Shown here piece by piece: positions 55,624-64,000 of a DNA stretch of 64,000 bases; the stretch's first letter is position 1, and every line of letters begins with the position of its first letter. Source of the stretch: Abditibacterium sp. (GTDB taxonomy: Bacteria; Armatimonadota; Abditibacteriia; Abditibacteriales; Abditibacteriaceae). The position numbers and the translations under genes were made by a program. The DNA is taken from NCBI GenBank assembly GCA_965199495.1, contig CBDASK010000003.1, forward strand, positions 2,784,001-2,848,000, in the 5' to 3' direction. The notes under the pieces were generated by a model. It was not told the origin of the DNA and ran no database searches. It saw only the letters and a list, made by a program, of their open reading frames with translations.

Positions 55624-56076
55624 ATGGGCAAACGACGAAGTGGACGCGAATTGGCGTTCCGATTAATTTTTCAGATAGACGTGGGCGGCGCGACAGCGAC
55701 CGAGGTTTTCAAGGTCACGCGCGAGACTTCCGAGTCGTCGCCCGAAGTGTGGCTGTTCGCCACCAAACTGGCGCGCGGCGCGTGGGAAGGCCGCGAGCCG
55801 CTCGATGGAATTATCGAAAAGTATGCGACCGGTTGGTCGTTGCAGCGCATGGCCAATGCCGACCGCAATCTGTTGCGATTGGCGCTCTACGAAATTCTCG
55901 AAAGCGAAGATATTCCCAATTCGGTCGCCGTCAATGAAGCGGTCGAGTTGGCCAAAACCTATTCGACCGCCGAATCGGCGCGGTTTATCAACGGAATTTT
56001 AGGTTCGTATCTGCGCGACAAAGTGGAGGCCGATAAAGTCGGATCAGACGAAACAGAAAACGCCGCAAGGAATTAA
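55624..56076 (+). CDS. nusB: Transcription antitermination factor NusB
   Basis: RRSGRE, DRNLLRLALYE, NEAVELAK, FINGIL. Confidence 0.95.
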   Translation: MGKRRSGRELAFRLIFQIDVGGATATEVFKVTRETSESSPEVWLFATKLARGAWEGREPLDGIIEKYATGWSLQRMANADRNLLRLALYEILESEDIPNSVAVNEAVELAKTYSTAESARFINGILGSYLRDKVEADKVGSDETENAARN

Positions 56077-56307
56077 AGTCGCGGCGTTTTGTTTAATAGA
56101 GAGCGCTTCACATTGTGGGAGTTGCAGGGGCGGAGCTGACGCACCCTTCCAATCGCAAGGGTTGGTTGGAAGAGGACTCAAGCCCCACCCTTTTAGCCCC
56201 CACAATGTGAAGCGCTCTCTTGTTTCCCTCCTTCCACATAGAGGGCGCTCGATTAAAGGAAAATACAACGCGCGAGAATAAGAACAAAATCATTCTCGAT
56301 TACGCAC

Positions 56308-56356
56308 ACAAACCAAAAGGGAGCGATTCGTAATGAATCGCTCCCTTTTGGTTTGT
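56308..56356. terminator. Intrinsic terminator
   Basis: ACAAACCAAAAGGGAGCGATTC...GAATCGCTCCCTTTTGGTTTGT. Confidence 0.8.
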
Positions 56357-56364
56357 TCGGCTCT

Positions 56365-59300
56365 TTACGAACTACCAGCCGAAGGTTGGGTATTGCTTCG
56401 GAGGGCGTTCGTTTTCGACGTCACCGTAATGGTAATCGTCGCGGGTTTGGAGGGTTTTCCTTTGTCGTCAATGGCGACATAACGGATCGTCTCGGTTCCC
56501 ACGAAGCCGGTGCGTGGCGTGTAAGACATCCTGTAAGTGCCATCGTTGAACAACTGGATTTCTCCGGTGCCGTTGGTCGGGCCACCCACGCGCTTGAAAG
56601 TGAGCGGGGTCGTTTGACCTGCGGGCAAGTTGGCATCATCGGGGTCACTACCCGAAACCGTGACATCAACGGGCGTGTTGAGCAATGTCGTGCCCGAAAC
56701 ATCGTTCGCCACCGGCGGACGGTTGAAGACTCCGATAACTCTAATCTTGAGAGTCGCGACTTCCGAAGGTTTGCCACTGGTGTCAATGGCGACGAATCTG
56801 ACTTCGTCATCGCCAACGGCGACTTGCGAGTTCTGGTAGAAGAAGCGAGTGTTGCCATTGGCATCCTTGCGGAATTCGCCGGTGCCCTTGGTGGGGCCAC
56901 CCACGCTTTTGAAGGTCAGCGCATCGCGGTCAACGTCCTGACCGAAGATGCCCACATCTGCCGAGCCGCCCGCTGCCACCTGCATTTCGGTGCTGCGAGC
57001 CGTTGGCGCCGTGTTGAACAAATTGATGGTAATGGTCGCAATATTAGAAACCGCACCCTTGCTGTCAATGGCGAAGAATTTCACTTCGTCGTTGCCCGTA
57101 TACAAGCCCGAAGCCTTGTAGAAGAGCTTCCACTTGCCATCGGTATCGCGGCGAATTTCGCCGGTGCCCTTGCGCGGGCCACTGGCACGTTTCAAGGTGA
57201 TGTTGCTCTCGTTGTCTCCGGGATCGGGATCGAACACGCCCAAACCTTTGCTGACCGGCACCTCGCGCGTCGTGTTGATTGAGGTGTCAACAACAACTGG
57301 CGGACGATTGGTATCGGGCGTCGGAGTTGGCACTGGTGTCGGCACTGGAGTTGGCACCGGAGTCGGCCCTGGTGTCGGCACCGGAGTCGGCGTCGGCGCA
57401 GGGGCGGGCAGCGTAATTGTCGCCGTTCCGGGTGCCGAAGTCCTGGCGTTCGACGGCGAATTGGCGGGCGCCGTGTTGTTATCGGTCGCCGTGAAGGTCA
57501 GGGTATCGGTGCCCGTCGCGTCGGCGTTGGGCGCGTAATAAAGCACGTAGCGTCCATCGTTATTGATGGCGATTTGTGCAGTGCCCTTTGTTGGAGCCGT
57601 CACGATAGTGAATACGATGGGATCGTTATCGGGATCACTGCCGGTAAGCAGCACTTCCGATTGCTGGCCGGGAGTGGCCGTGAAGTCCACGTTTTGCACG
57701 CTTGGGGCGCTATTAACCACCACAGTCGAATCACTACGCAGCGCAGAAGTACCGTTAGGTTTACCGTCAGTTGCCGTCACTTCAACGCTGACAATATCGC
57801 CACGATTGCCATTGCCCTGAACCGACAAATCGAGCGAATCGGTTCTTGAAGTCGTAGTGAAAGTGCGAACCACAGTGCCGTTCACTTTCCACGTAAAGGT
57901 GTAAGTAATCGGGTCGCCTTGAGCATCATTAGCTACGGCATTAGCCGTCAAGGTTTGGTTGGTCGTTGGCGATTTGGGCGCAATCGTAACCGAAGTCAGG
58001 TTGGGCGCCGTGTTGACAATTACCACCGAAGCCGTCACCGAATCGGTTGCTTGAGGTGCCGTCGCATCTCTGGTGCCAGCCTGATCGCGCGCTACGATGA
58101 CGGTGATGACATCTTTGTCCTTGAGGCCGCGTCCCGCCAGATTCAACGTGTTACTGTTGCTCGATTGCACTTCATTTCCGTTGATCAAAAAACGATAAAA
58201 GAGCGGAGTAATCGTTGTGCCATCGTTGTTGGTGCCCGTCGCAGTCGCTGTCAAAGTTGTATTTTGGTTCGGGCTCCTCGGCGAGAGAGTAACGGTGAAC
58301 GAAGCATCTGTGGGTTGTGCTTCGTAGGCGCCAATATCAATGGTTCCCATGACGCGCGGGAAACCGGCACCGCGCTGGTCGGTCGCTGGCGCACCAGTAA
58401 TAGCCACGCCTTTATCGCGCGCCGGGCTACCCGCTCGCAAGTTATGCGTATCGCTATCGCCACCGTTGTTGGACAGCGGCCCAAGCAAAGGATCAACACC
58501 GACTTGATCGGCGGCGCCAGTGAATTGCCCTGTCGCATTACCAAATCCGACAAGGTTTCCATCTTTGGTAATGAATCTTCCATTGATATCGCCGTTGCCA
58601 TTACCTCCATCAACACGCACGTCATCATTGCTTCCGCCAGAGGAAATGGTGTCGGTAATGGTGATTTCTGCATTGCTGCTGGCCTCAATACCAAACAGGC
58701 TGTTTCGGGTGAACGTGCTCAGCGAGACCGTCGTTGGATCAGCCGTTTGTGGCGGAGTTTGACGCAATAGGATTGGGTGAGAGATTACAGAGAGTCCGAG
58801 GAAGTTCCCACTCACTGTTGTATTAGTAATGGTTGTCGCCTTATTGGCGACTCTGCTGTTTGACGTGCTGATGCCATAACCACGGTTATTGGCGATGGAG
58901 CAGTTGGTGACCGTAAGAACAGAAGCGGCATTAGCTACGTTATTGGGGGCATTGGCGGAAGTGAAACTGTCAATGCCATCGTCAGAGCCTCCCGTGATCA
59001 TACAACGATCAACGGTCAAATCTCCCTCGAAAGTCGCGATACCCGCGCTGCCAGAACCAGTAATGCTCAACCCCGAAATAGCCAGCGCATCACCGAAGGT
59101 GGTGAACGTTCCCTTTCCATTCGCCTGAATGTTGAGCAGACGAGGGCCGGGGCCAGTAATCGAAGTTTTGATCACTGGAAGCGGATTGGCAGGCGGCTGA
59201 TTGCGTTCTTGCAAAAACGGCAAGCTGCTATTCAGCGAAATCGTGCCGGGCGCGTCCTTGGAGACTAAACCTGGCGCAAACGTAATCGCGCTATCTTTGG

Positions 59301-60276
59301 TATCCGTGTTGGCAAATTGTATCGCTTCGCGAAGCGAGGTCAAATCGTCTTGCGGATTCACGCTATCTTGCAATGTCGTAACGATCAAAGACTGGCGTTC
59401 GCCGATGATGAGAGTGGCCGTGGCGGGCTTGCTCTGCTTGGGGTTGCCGGGTTCCTGCGGCACGAAACGACTGTCAATGTTGTTGCTGTCATCGTTATCT
59501 GTGTCAACCACAAAAGTGATAAACCGGTTGCGCAAATTGGGACGACGATTGAGGTTGACATCGCTGTTACCACGGAAAAACTTGTTTTCGTAGGTCACGC
59601 CCTGCAACGCGATTTCGTAGCTTTCGCGAATGAAATCCAGCTTGTTGGGAATGTTATTGGGAGCCGTGCCGCCCTTAAGCGTCAACGTCTGCGAACCGTT
59701 GTCATAAGCGATAGTAATTCCCGTATCGTAACGGATAAACGTATTGTTTTGACCAACATATCTACCTGTCTGTCCGCTCAACATGTCGCGGGTGATTTTA
59801 TTGACATCGAGCACTTCGATGTCATTGCGGCCCAGCCGGTTATCGGGCGCTCTGACATCGGGGTCATTGGCGAAGGGGGCGATTTGGACGCGGGCTTCGA
59901 CTAGTTTCGCGCCGATAAAATTGGAGTCAATCGGTTGCGCACTGATGTCAGACAACACGGTGGCGGGTGGATCCACGACCTGCGGGCCACCGCCTTCGGA
60001 GTAGACGTTTTGATAATCAATGCCGTTGGCGTTGGGATTATCTTGACCGGTCGAGCCGTCAGAGTTCGGCCCGTTTAAGTCAACGACGGGACGAATAGGC
60101 GTGGGCGCCGGAGTGGGCGATTGAGCCTGCGCCTCTTTTGGCGAATGGCCCAGCGCGAGACAGACCGATGCCGCAACGGCACTAATTTTGATCAGGCGGG
60201 ACAAAGATTTGTCCAAACCGCGCGATTTCACGAAGTGAAAATTTGAGCTAAATATAGGGAGCCTCTTGTAAATCAA
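56365..60276 (-). CDS. Large surface/adhesin-like protein (CSLREA-like, beta-helix/choice-of-anchor-Q-like, tandem Ig/cadherin-like repeats, Pro-Thr linker)
   Basis: TSLREAI, TDQRG...DIGAYE, repeated NxAP..D.DGD..TF..GP.KGT units, PTPVPTP; start uncertain. Confidence 0.8.
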   Translation of the reverse strand: MIYKRLPIFSSNFHFVKSRGLDKSLSRLIKISAVAASVCLALGHSPKEAQAQSPTPAPTPIRPVVDLNGPNSDGSTGQDNPNANGIDYQNVYSEGGGPQVVDPPATVLSDISAQPIDSNFIGAKLVEARVQIAPFANDPDVRAPDNRLGRNDIEVLDVNKITRDMLSGQTGRYVGQNNTFIRYDTGITIAYDNGSQTLTLKGGTAPNNIPNKLDFIRESYEIALQGVTYENKFFRGNSDVNLNRRPNLRNRFITFVVDTDNDDSNNIDSRFVPQEPGNPKQSKPATATLIIGERQSLIVTTLQDSVNPQDDLTSLREAIQFANTDTKDSAITFAPGLVSKDAPGTISLNSSLPFLQERNQPPANPLPVIKTSITGPGPRLLNIQANGKGTFTTFGDALAISGLSITGSGSAGIATFEGDLTVDRCMITGGSDDGIDSFTSANAPNNVANAASVLTVTNCSIANNRGYGISTSNSRVANKATTITNTTVSGNFLGLSVISHPILLRQTPPQTADPTTVSLSTFTRNSLFGIEASSNAEITITDTISSGGSNDDVRVDGGNGNGDINGRFITKDGNLVGFGNATGQFTGAADQVGVDPLLGPLSNNGGDSDTHNLRAGSPARDKGVAITGAPATDQRGAGFPRVMGTIDIGAYEAQPTDASFTVTLSPRSPNQNTTLTATATGTNNDGTTITPLFYRFLINGNEVQSSNSNTLNLAGRGLKDKDVITVIVARDQAGTRDATAPQATDSVTASVVIVNTAPNLTSVTIAPKSPTTNQTLTANAVANDAQGDPITYTFTWKVNGTVVRTFTTTSRTDSLDLSVQGNGNRGDIVSVEVTATDGKPNGTSALRSDSTVVVNSAPSVQNVDFTATPGQQSEVLLTGSDPDNDPIVFTIVTAPTKGTAQIAINNDGRYVLYYAPNADATGTDTLTFTATDNNTAPANSPSNARTSAPGTATITLPAPAPTPTPVPTPGPTPVPTPVPTPVPTPTPDTNRPPVVVDTSINTTREVPVSKGLGVFDPDPGDNESNITLKRASGPRKGTGEIRRDTDGKWKLFYKASGLYTGNDEVKFFAIDSKGAVSNIATITINLFNTAPTARSTEMQVAAGGSADVGIFGQDVDRDALTFKSVGGPTKGTGEFRKDANGNTRFFYQNSQVAVGDDEVRFVAIDTSGKPSEVATLKIRVIGVFNRPPVANDVSGTTLLNTPVDVTVSGSDPDDANLPAGQTTPLTFKRVGGPTNGTGEIQLFNDGTYRMSYTPRTGFVGTETIRYVAIDDKGKPSKPATITITVTSKTNALRSNTQPSAGSS

Positions 60277-60510
60277 ATTGCCACTTTTGCCTCAACTCAA
60301 GTTGGGGCAAAAGAAGCTGCATTAGTGAACAACAATTGAGCCGTGATGTCACCTCTCATTTTGTGACGAAACTTGACATCCTCGCCTGTCATCTCGCCTG
60401 ATTTGGAACTTTGATAAGAAAATTTGTTGCGCCATTTCTTTGAGAAAAATTCTTTTTTTTGTGCTTTGTTACACTTTGGCGCGCTGAATCTAAAAACAGA
60501 GCAATTTACC

Positions 60511-61464
60511 ATGATCGTTTCAACCCAAGAACTCTTCAAGCAAGCTTATGGCAAATACGCCATTGGCGCCTACAACATCAACAACCTCGAACAGACAATG
60601 GGCCTTTTTCAGGGCTGCATTGACTCGCAAGCCCCGTTCATCATCCAGATTTCCAAGGGCGCGCGCAGTTTCACCGACAAAGAGATGCTCGAAGGCATCA
60701 TCCGCAGCGCCGAGAAAGTGTTCCCCGAAGCCGTCTTCGCCGTTCACCTCGATCACGGCGACGAGCAGACCTGCTACGACTGCATTGATTCGGGCTTTTA
60801 TTCCAGCGTGATGATTGACGCCTCGCACGATCCGTTCGAGGAGAACGTCGCCATCACCAAGCGCGTCGTTGACCGCGCGCACGCCCGCGGCATTTCGGTC
60901 GAAGCCGAAATCGGCCAACTGGGCGGCGTCGAAGAGGATATTCAAGTGGACGAGAAGAACGCCAACCTGACCGATCCCGACGAAGCCGAAGCGTTCGTCA
61001 AACAGTCCGGCTGCGACTCGCTCGCCGTGGCTATCGGCACCTCGCACGGCGCCTACAAGTTTTCCGGCGGCCAGGGCTTGCACTTCAACCGCATCGAGGA
61101 AATCGCCAAGCGCATGCCCGGCTTCCCGCTCGTGATGCACGGTTCGAGCAGCGTGCCCCAAGAAGAAGTGCGTCGCATCAATGCGGCGGGCGGCAAATTG
61201 GCCGAGGGCGCCAAAGGCGTGGACGAGAACGAGTATTTGCCCGCCGCCAAACTGGGCGTCACCAAAGTCAACGTGGACACCGATGGCCGTCTGGTGTGGA
61301 CGCGCGTTCACCGCGAATACTTCAAAGAACATCCCGAAGGCTTCGATTTGCGCGCGCCGGGCAAAATTTTCATCCAAGCCTACGCCGATTTCATCGCCAA
61401 TAAGAACAAAATGCTGGGCAGTGCCGGAACGCTCTCCGACATTCGCAAAGCGTTGGGCGCGTAA
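60511..61464 (+). CDS. fba: Class II fructose-bisphosphate aldolase
   Basis: HLDHG, SSVMIDAS, VEAEIG, AIGTSHGAYK, HGSS, KVNVDTD. Confidence 0.95.
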   Translation: MIVSTQELFKQAYGKYAIGAYNINNLEQTMGLFQGCIDSQAPFIIQISKGARSFTDKEMLEGIIRSAEKVFPEAVFAVHLDHGDEQTCYDCIDSGFYSSVMIDASHDPFEENVAITKRVVDRAHARGISVEAEIGQLGGVEEDIQVDEKNANLTDPDEAEAFVKQSGCDSLAVAIGTSHGAYKFSGGQGLHFNRIEEIAKRMPGFPLVMHGSSSVPQEEVRRINAAGGKLAEGAKGVDENEYLPAAKLGVTKVNVDTDGRLVWTRVHREYFKEHPEGFDLRAPGKIFIQAYADFIANKNKMLGSAGTLSDIRKALGA

Positions 61465-61479
61465 TTTTCGCGTCGGACG

Positions 61480-61521
61480 CAAAAAAGCTCAAGAACATGA
61501 AATTGTTCTTGAGCTTTTTTG
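61480..61521. terminator. Bidirectional intrinsic terminator
   Basis: AAAAAAGCTCAAGAACA...TGTTCTTGAGCTTTTTT between convergent genes. Confidence 0.85.
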
Positions 61522-61543
61522 TGTTTGAAACTTAGCTGGCGCC

Positions 61544-62422
61544 TCACCGCAATGCGTCCGCGTAATCGCGCGCGAAGTCGGCGAAATTGCGCGGCGCGTG
61601 CCCGGTCACATCAGCCACGTCGGACGTGATCTGCGCGGCTTCGCTCTGGCTCCAGTGGGCGTATTCTTCCAACAGTCCGTCGGCCTGCCACGCGGGGAAG
61701 CCAGCGCCGACCAAACTTTGGCGCATTTCGGCGGGCGTGACGTTGACGTAGGTAATCTCGTGGCCCAAAGCCTGCGAAAGTTGCGCGGCCATTTCTCCGT
61801 GCGTCAGGGCTTGCGGCCCAGTGATGTCGTAAGTTTTGTTTTCGTGCCCCGCTTGCGTCAGTGCCAGAAACGCGATGTCCATGATGTCGCGAATATCCAC
61901 GATGCTGATTGCGCCTTCGCCCATCGGCGCCGGAAACATCCGCTTCGATTTAATCAGATCGGCAAAACCCAATACGCTCTGCATGAACAGGTTGGGCCGC
62001 AAAAAAGTGTGGGCGATTCCACTATTTTGAATCGCCTGTTCGACGCGGGCATGATAGCGCAAAAAGCGCGCGCTGGAATTGGTCGCGGCGTCGAGTTGCG
62101 ATAATTTAACGATGTGCGCGACGCCGCTCTGTCGCGCGATTTCTACGAAATCCAACTGTTGCTGCTGCGCGTCTTCGGTCGAATTAGAAAGCAAAAACGC
62201 TTTTTCGATGCCTTCGAGTGCGGCCTTCAAAGTTTCGGGTTTGCCAAAATCGCCTTCGACGATTTGTGTCGTGGGCGATTCGATGGCTCCGGCGTGGCTG
62301 GCCTTACGCGTCATGGCGCGCACGGGAATTTGGTGGGCGGTGAATCGTTGCATCAGTTCGGTGCCGTTGCTGCCCGTCGCGCCCGTTATCAGAATCGTTG
62401 GTTGAGAGGAATGATTTGCCAT
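61544..62422 (-). CDS. NmrA-like / atypical SDR NAD(P)-binding protein
   Basis: ITGATGSNG, LRPNLFMQ, DIRDI, TGP. Confidence 0.88.
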   Translation of the reverse strand: MANHSSQPTILITGATGSNGTELMQRFTAHQIPVRAMTRKASHAGAIESPTTQIVEGDFGKPETLKAALEGIEKAFLLSNSTEDAQQQQLDFVEIARQSGVAHIVKLSQLDAATNSSARFLRYHARVEQAIQNSGIAHTFLRPNLFMQSVLGFADLIKSKRMFPAPMGEGAISIVDIRDIMDIAFLALTQAGHENKTYDITGPQALTHGEMAAQLSQALGHEITYVNVTPAEMRQSLVGAGFPAWQADGLLEEYAHWSQSEAAQITSDVADVTGHAPRNFADFARDYADALR

Positions 62423-62497
62423 TGTTTTCTCCGGCGTAAAATTAGCGCCAGAAAACAGCATGGCAAAGATCAAATTATTCCGTAAGGAGGCACATTG

Positions 62498-62878
62498 ATG
62501 TCACTTAATAACTTGAAAGTCAGCGAACTAACTTTGGAAGAATGTATCAGCGTGCGCGAGATTTTAGATCGCGTTGGCGACCGGTGGAGCATTTACATCG
62601 TGGCGCAACTGCGCGAAGGCCCACAACGATTCAATCATCTCAAGCGCGTCATCGAGGGCATTTCGCAACGCATGCTGACGCTGACTTTACGCGGTCTGGA
62701 GCGCGATGGCCTGATTTCGCGCACCGTCTATCCCACCAAACCGCCGCAGGTCGAATATGCCCTGACGTCGCTCGGTGAATCTATGGCGCAAGCTCTCGCG
62801 GTTTTGCTGAACTGGGCCGACGAACATCGCTCCGAAATAACGCGCGCCCGCGCCGCTTACGACGAACGCGCGCTTTAA
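62498..62878 (+). CDS. HxlR family winged-helix regulator
   Basis: [40 protein letters not shown]; divergent from the NmrA-like gene. Confidence 0.92.
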   Translation: MSLNNLKVSELTLEECISVREILDRVGDRWSIYIVAQLREGPQRFNHLKRVIEGISQRMLTLTLRGLERDGLISRTVYPTKPPQVEYALTSLGESMAQALAVLLNWADEHRSEITRARAAYDERAL

Positions 62879-62891
62879 ATCGCGCGCCATT

Positions 62892-64000
62892 TCATTTGCG
62901 CGAGGCCGTGCGAAGCGGATACATTTCTTCGAGCCAGACCATCACTTTTTGCAGCATCGGGAGGGGCATCGTCTGGCGCGATTGGCCGAAGGTTTTGACC
63001 ACGCGTTTGTTGGTTTCGCCCCACGTTTTCTCGAACAGCATCGCGTCAACGTGCTTGCAATAGGTTTGAATGGACTCGCGCAATTCGGCTTCCTGCTGCG
63101 AAGGCGTTAGAACCGGTTCGTTCGATGGTTCGGCGTTCTCAACTGTTTGCGGTTGTGGCCCGACGCGGCTCCAACGGCGGGTCAATCCCGCCGAACCGAC
63201 GGGCGTAATCGAGCGACGTTCGCCCGGTTCGAGCGGCGCGGCGCGTTCGATTTCTTCGATTTCGTCTTCTTCCAGGCGCTGCTTAATCGCGACCAATTGT
63301 TCGTCCTGCATGCGCGTGATGATGTCACACATCAAGCGGTCGTCGGGCACATAAACAAAGGCCATCTGCTCTTCCCACGGCCCGGCGGGCGCGTCGAATC
63401 GGGTGGCGCGCGCGATCATCTGCTCGATCCACGGCTTGCTGCGAATGTGCGTCAAGCACGCGATGTGCGTGACCGGCGGCACGTCCAAACCTTCGTAGGC
63501 CATCGCGACCGTGACCAAACAACCGAGCGCCATCGGGGTGTCTATCTCCTTAAATTTGGCGATATTCTTCGCCGCCAGCGCCGAGTCGTCCGACGTGGCT
63601 ATGGCGCACTTGATGCCGTTGCGTTGCAAATGCTCCAGATATTTTTTGGCGTCCTCGATGTTCGCCACGACCGCCAACATCTTGGCGCGCGGATGCCCCA
63701 TGCGATAGTGATTCCAGTGCCCGACGCATTCGTCCAACAGATGAAAACCGAACTCGGTTTTCAAAGCCGTATAAATCGCTTCGTTGGTGTCTTTGCCCGC
63801 CGTGCTGATGCGCGTGCCATAAGTTTTGCCGTCGTGCCCAATCCACGACGCCTCGCCGTCCATCAACTCGAAGTGAATCGGCGTAATCGCTTTGTCGAAC
63901 AAAGCGTTGGCGCGGCTGTATTGAATCGAAGCCGCGCCGCCGCGCCCGGATAAATCCACGATTTCGCCGTTCATGCTTTGCCCGTAAGGCAAAAACGCGA
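62892..64000 (-). CDS. 5'-truncated superfamily 2 (DEAD/DEAH, ResIII-like) helicase
   Basis: Motif V VAMAYEGLDVP and motif VI-like EQMIARATR; N-terminus lies outside the window. Confidence 0.75.
   Translation of the reverse strand, partial: AFLPYGQSMNGEIVDLSGRGGAASIQYSRANALFDKAITPIHFELMDGEASWIGHDGKTYGTRISTAGKDTNEAIYTALKTEFGFHLLDECVGHWNHYRMGHPRAKMLAVVANIEDAKKYLEHLQRNGIKCAIATSDDSALAAKNIAKFKEIDTPMALGCLVTVAMAYEGLDVPPVTHIACLTHIRSKPWIEQMIARATRFDAPAGPWEEQMAFVYVPDDRLMCDIITRMQDEQLVAIKQRLEEDEIEEIERAAPLEPGERRSITPVGSAGLTRRWSRVGPQPQTVENAEPSNEPVLTPSQQEAELRESIQTYCKHVDAMLFEKTWGETNKRVVKTFGQSRQTMPLPMLQKVMVWLEEMYPLRTASRK

Noticed and set aside
60520..61482. 320-aa minus-strand ORF (also 50239-51477 +, 32726-33673 +, 40446-41345 +)
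   Set aside because: Antisense shadows of well-supported genes, common in GC-rich coding DNA
3404..63600. Reading the AGCCACGNCG motif as a Chi or KOPS site
   Set aside because: Orientation is nearly balanced (23 +, 18 -) and interleaved, whereas Chi and KOPS are strongly polarised within a replichore; not fully excluded without the whole genome
1..64000. CRISPR array, rRNA or tRNA genes
   Set aside because: No regularly spaced direct repeats with unique spacers and no recognisable rRNA/tRNA sequence; the repeats seen are inverted or dispersed

Overview
Bacterial chromosomal window, roughly 57% GC by eye, with about 55 protein-coding genes. Gene content and style suggest Abditibacteriota/Armatimonadota, which is an inference only. 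Housekeeping genes include ilvE, trpE, rnhA, ruvC, accB/accC, nusB, fba, dusB, rfbD, actP, mcsA/mcsB, pilT, a PBP1A and an HtrA. They are mixed with secreted or surface proteins, a VapBC-like pair inside a MoxR cluster, and one IS200/IS605 element with an intact tnpB and a broken, divergent tnpA. I saw no rRNA, tRNA or CRISPR array. The strongest unexplained signal is a dispersed 10-bp motif, AGCCACGNCG (mostly AGCCACGGCG, often preceded by GC). I counted about 41 copies by eye, on both strands and mostly inside coding sequence, which resembles a DNA-uptake sequence or HIP1-type genome signature. Other notable observations: at least six unrelated families of long intergenic palindromes whose arms are internally homogenised; TANNNT boxes 6-9 nt before start codons, suggesting leaderless mRNAs; a reconstructable IS empty site with a candidate TAM and guide; a shared C-terminal S-[AG]-G-x-S tail on two large surface proteins; and a probable 1-bp frameshift in dusB. 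All counts and coordinates were read manually.
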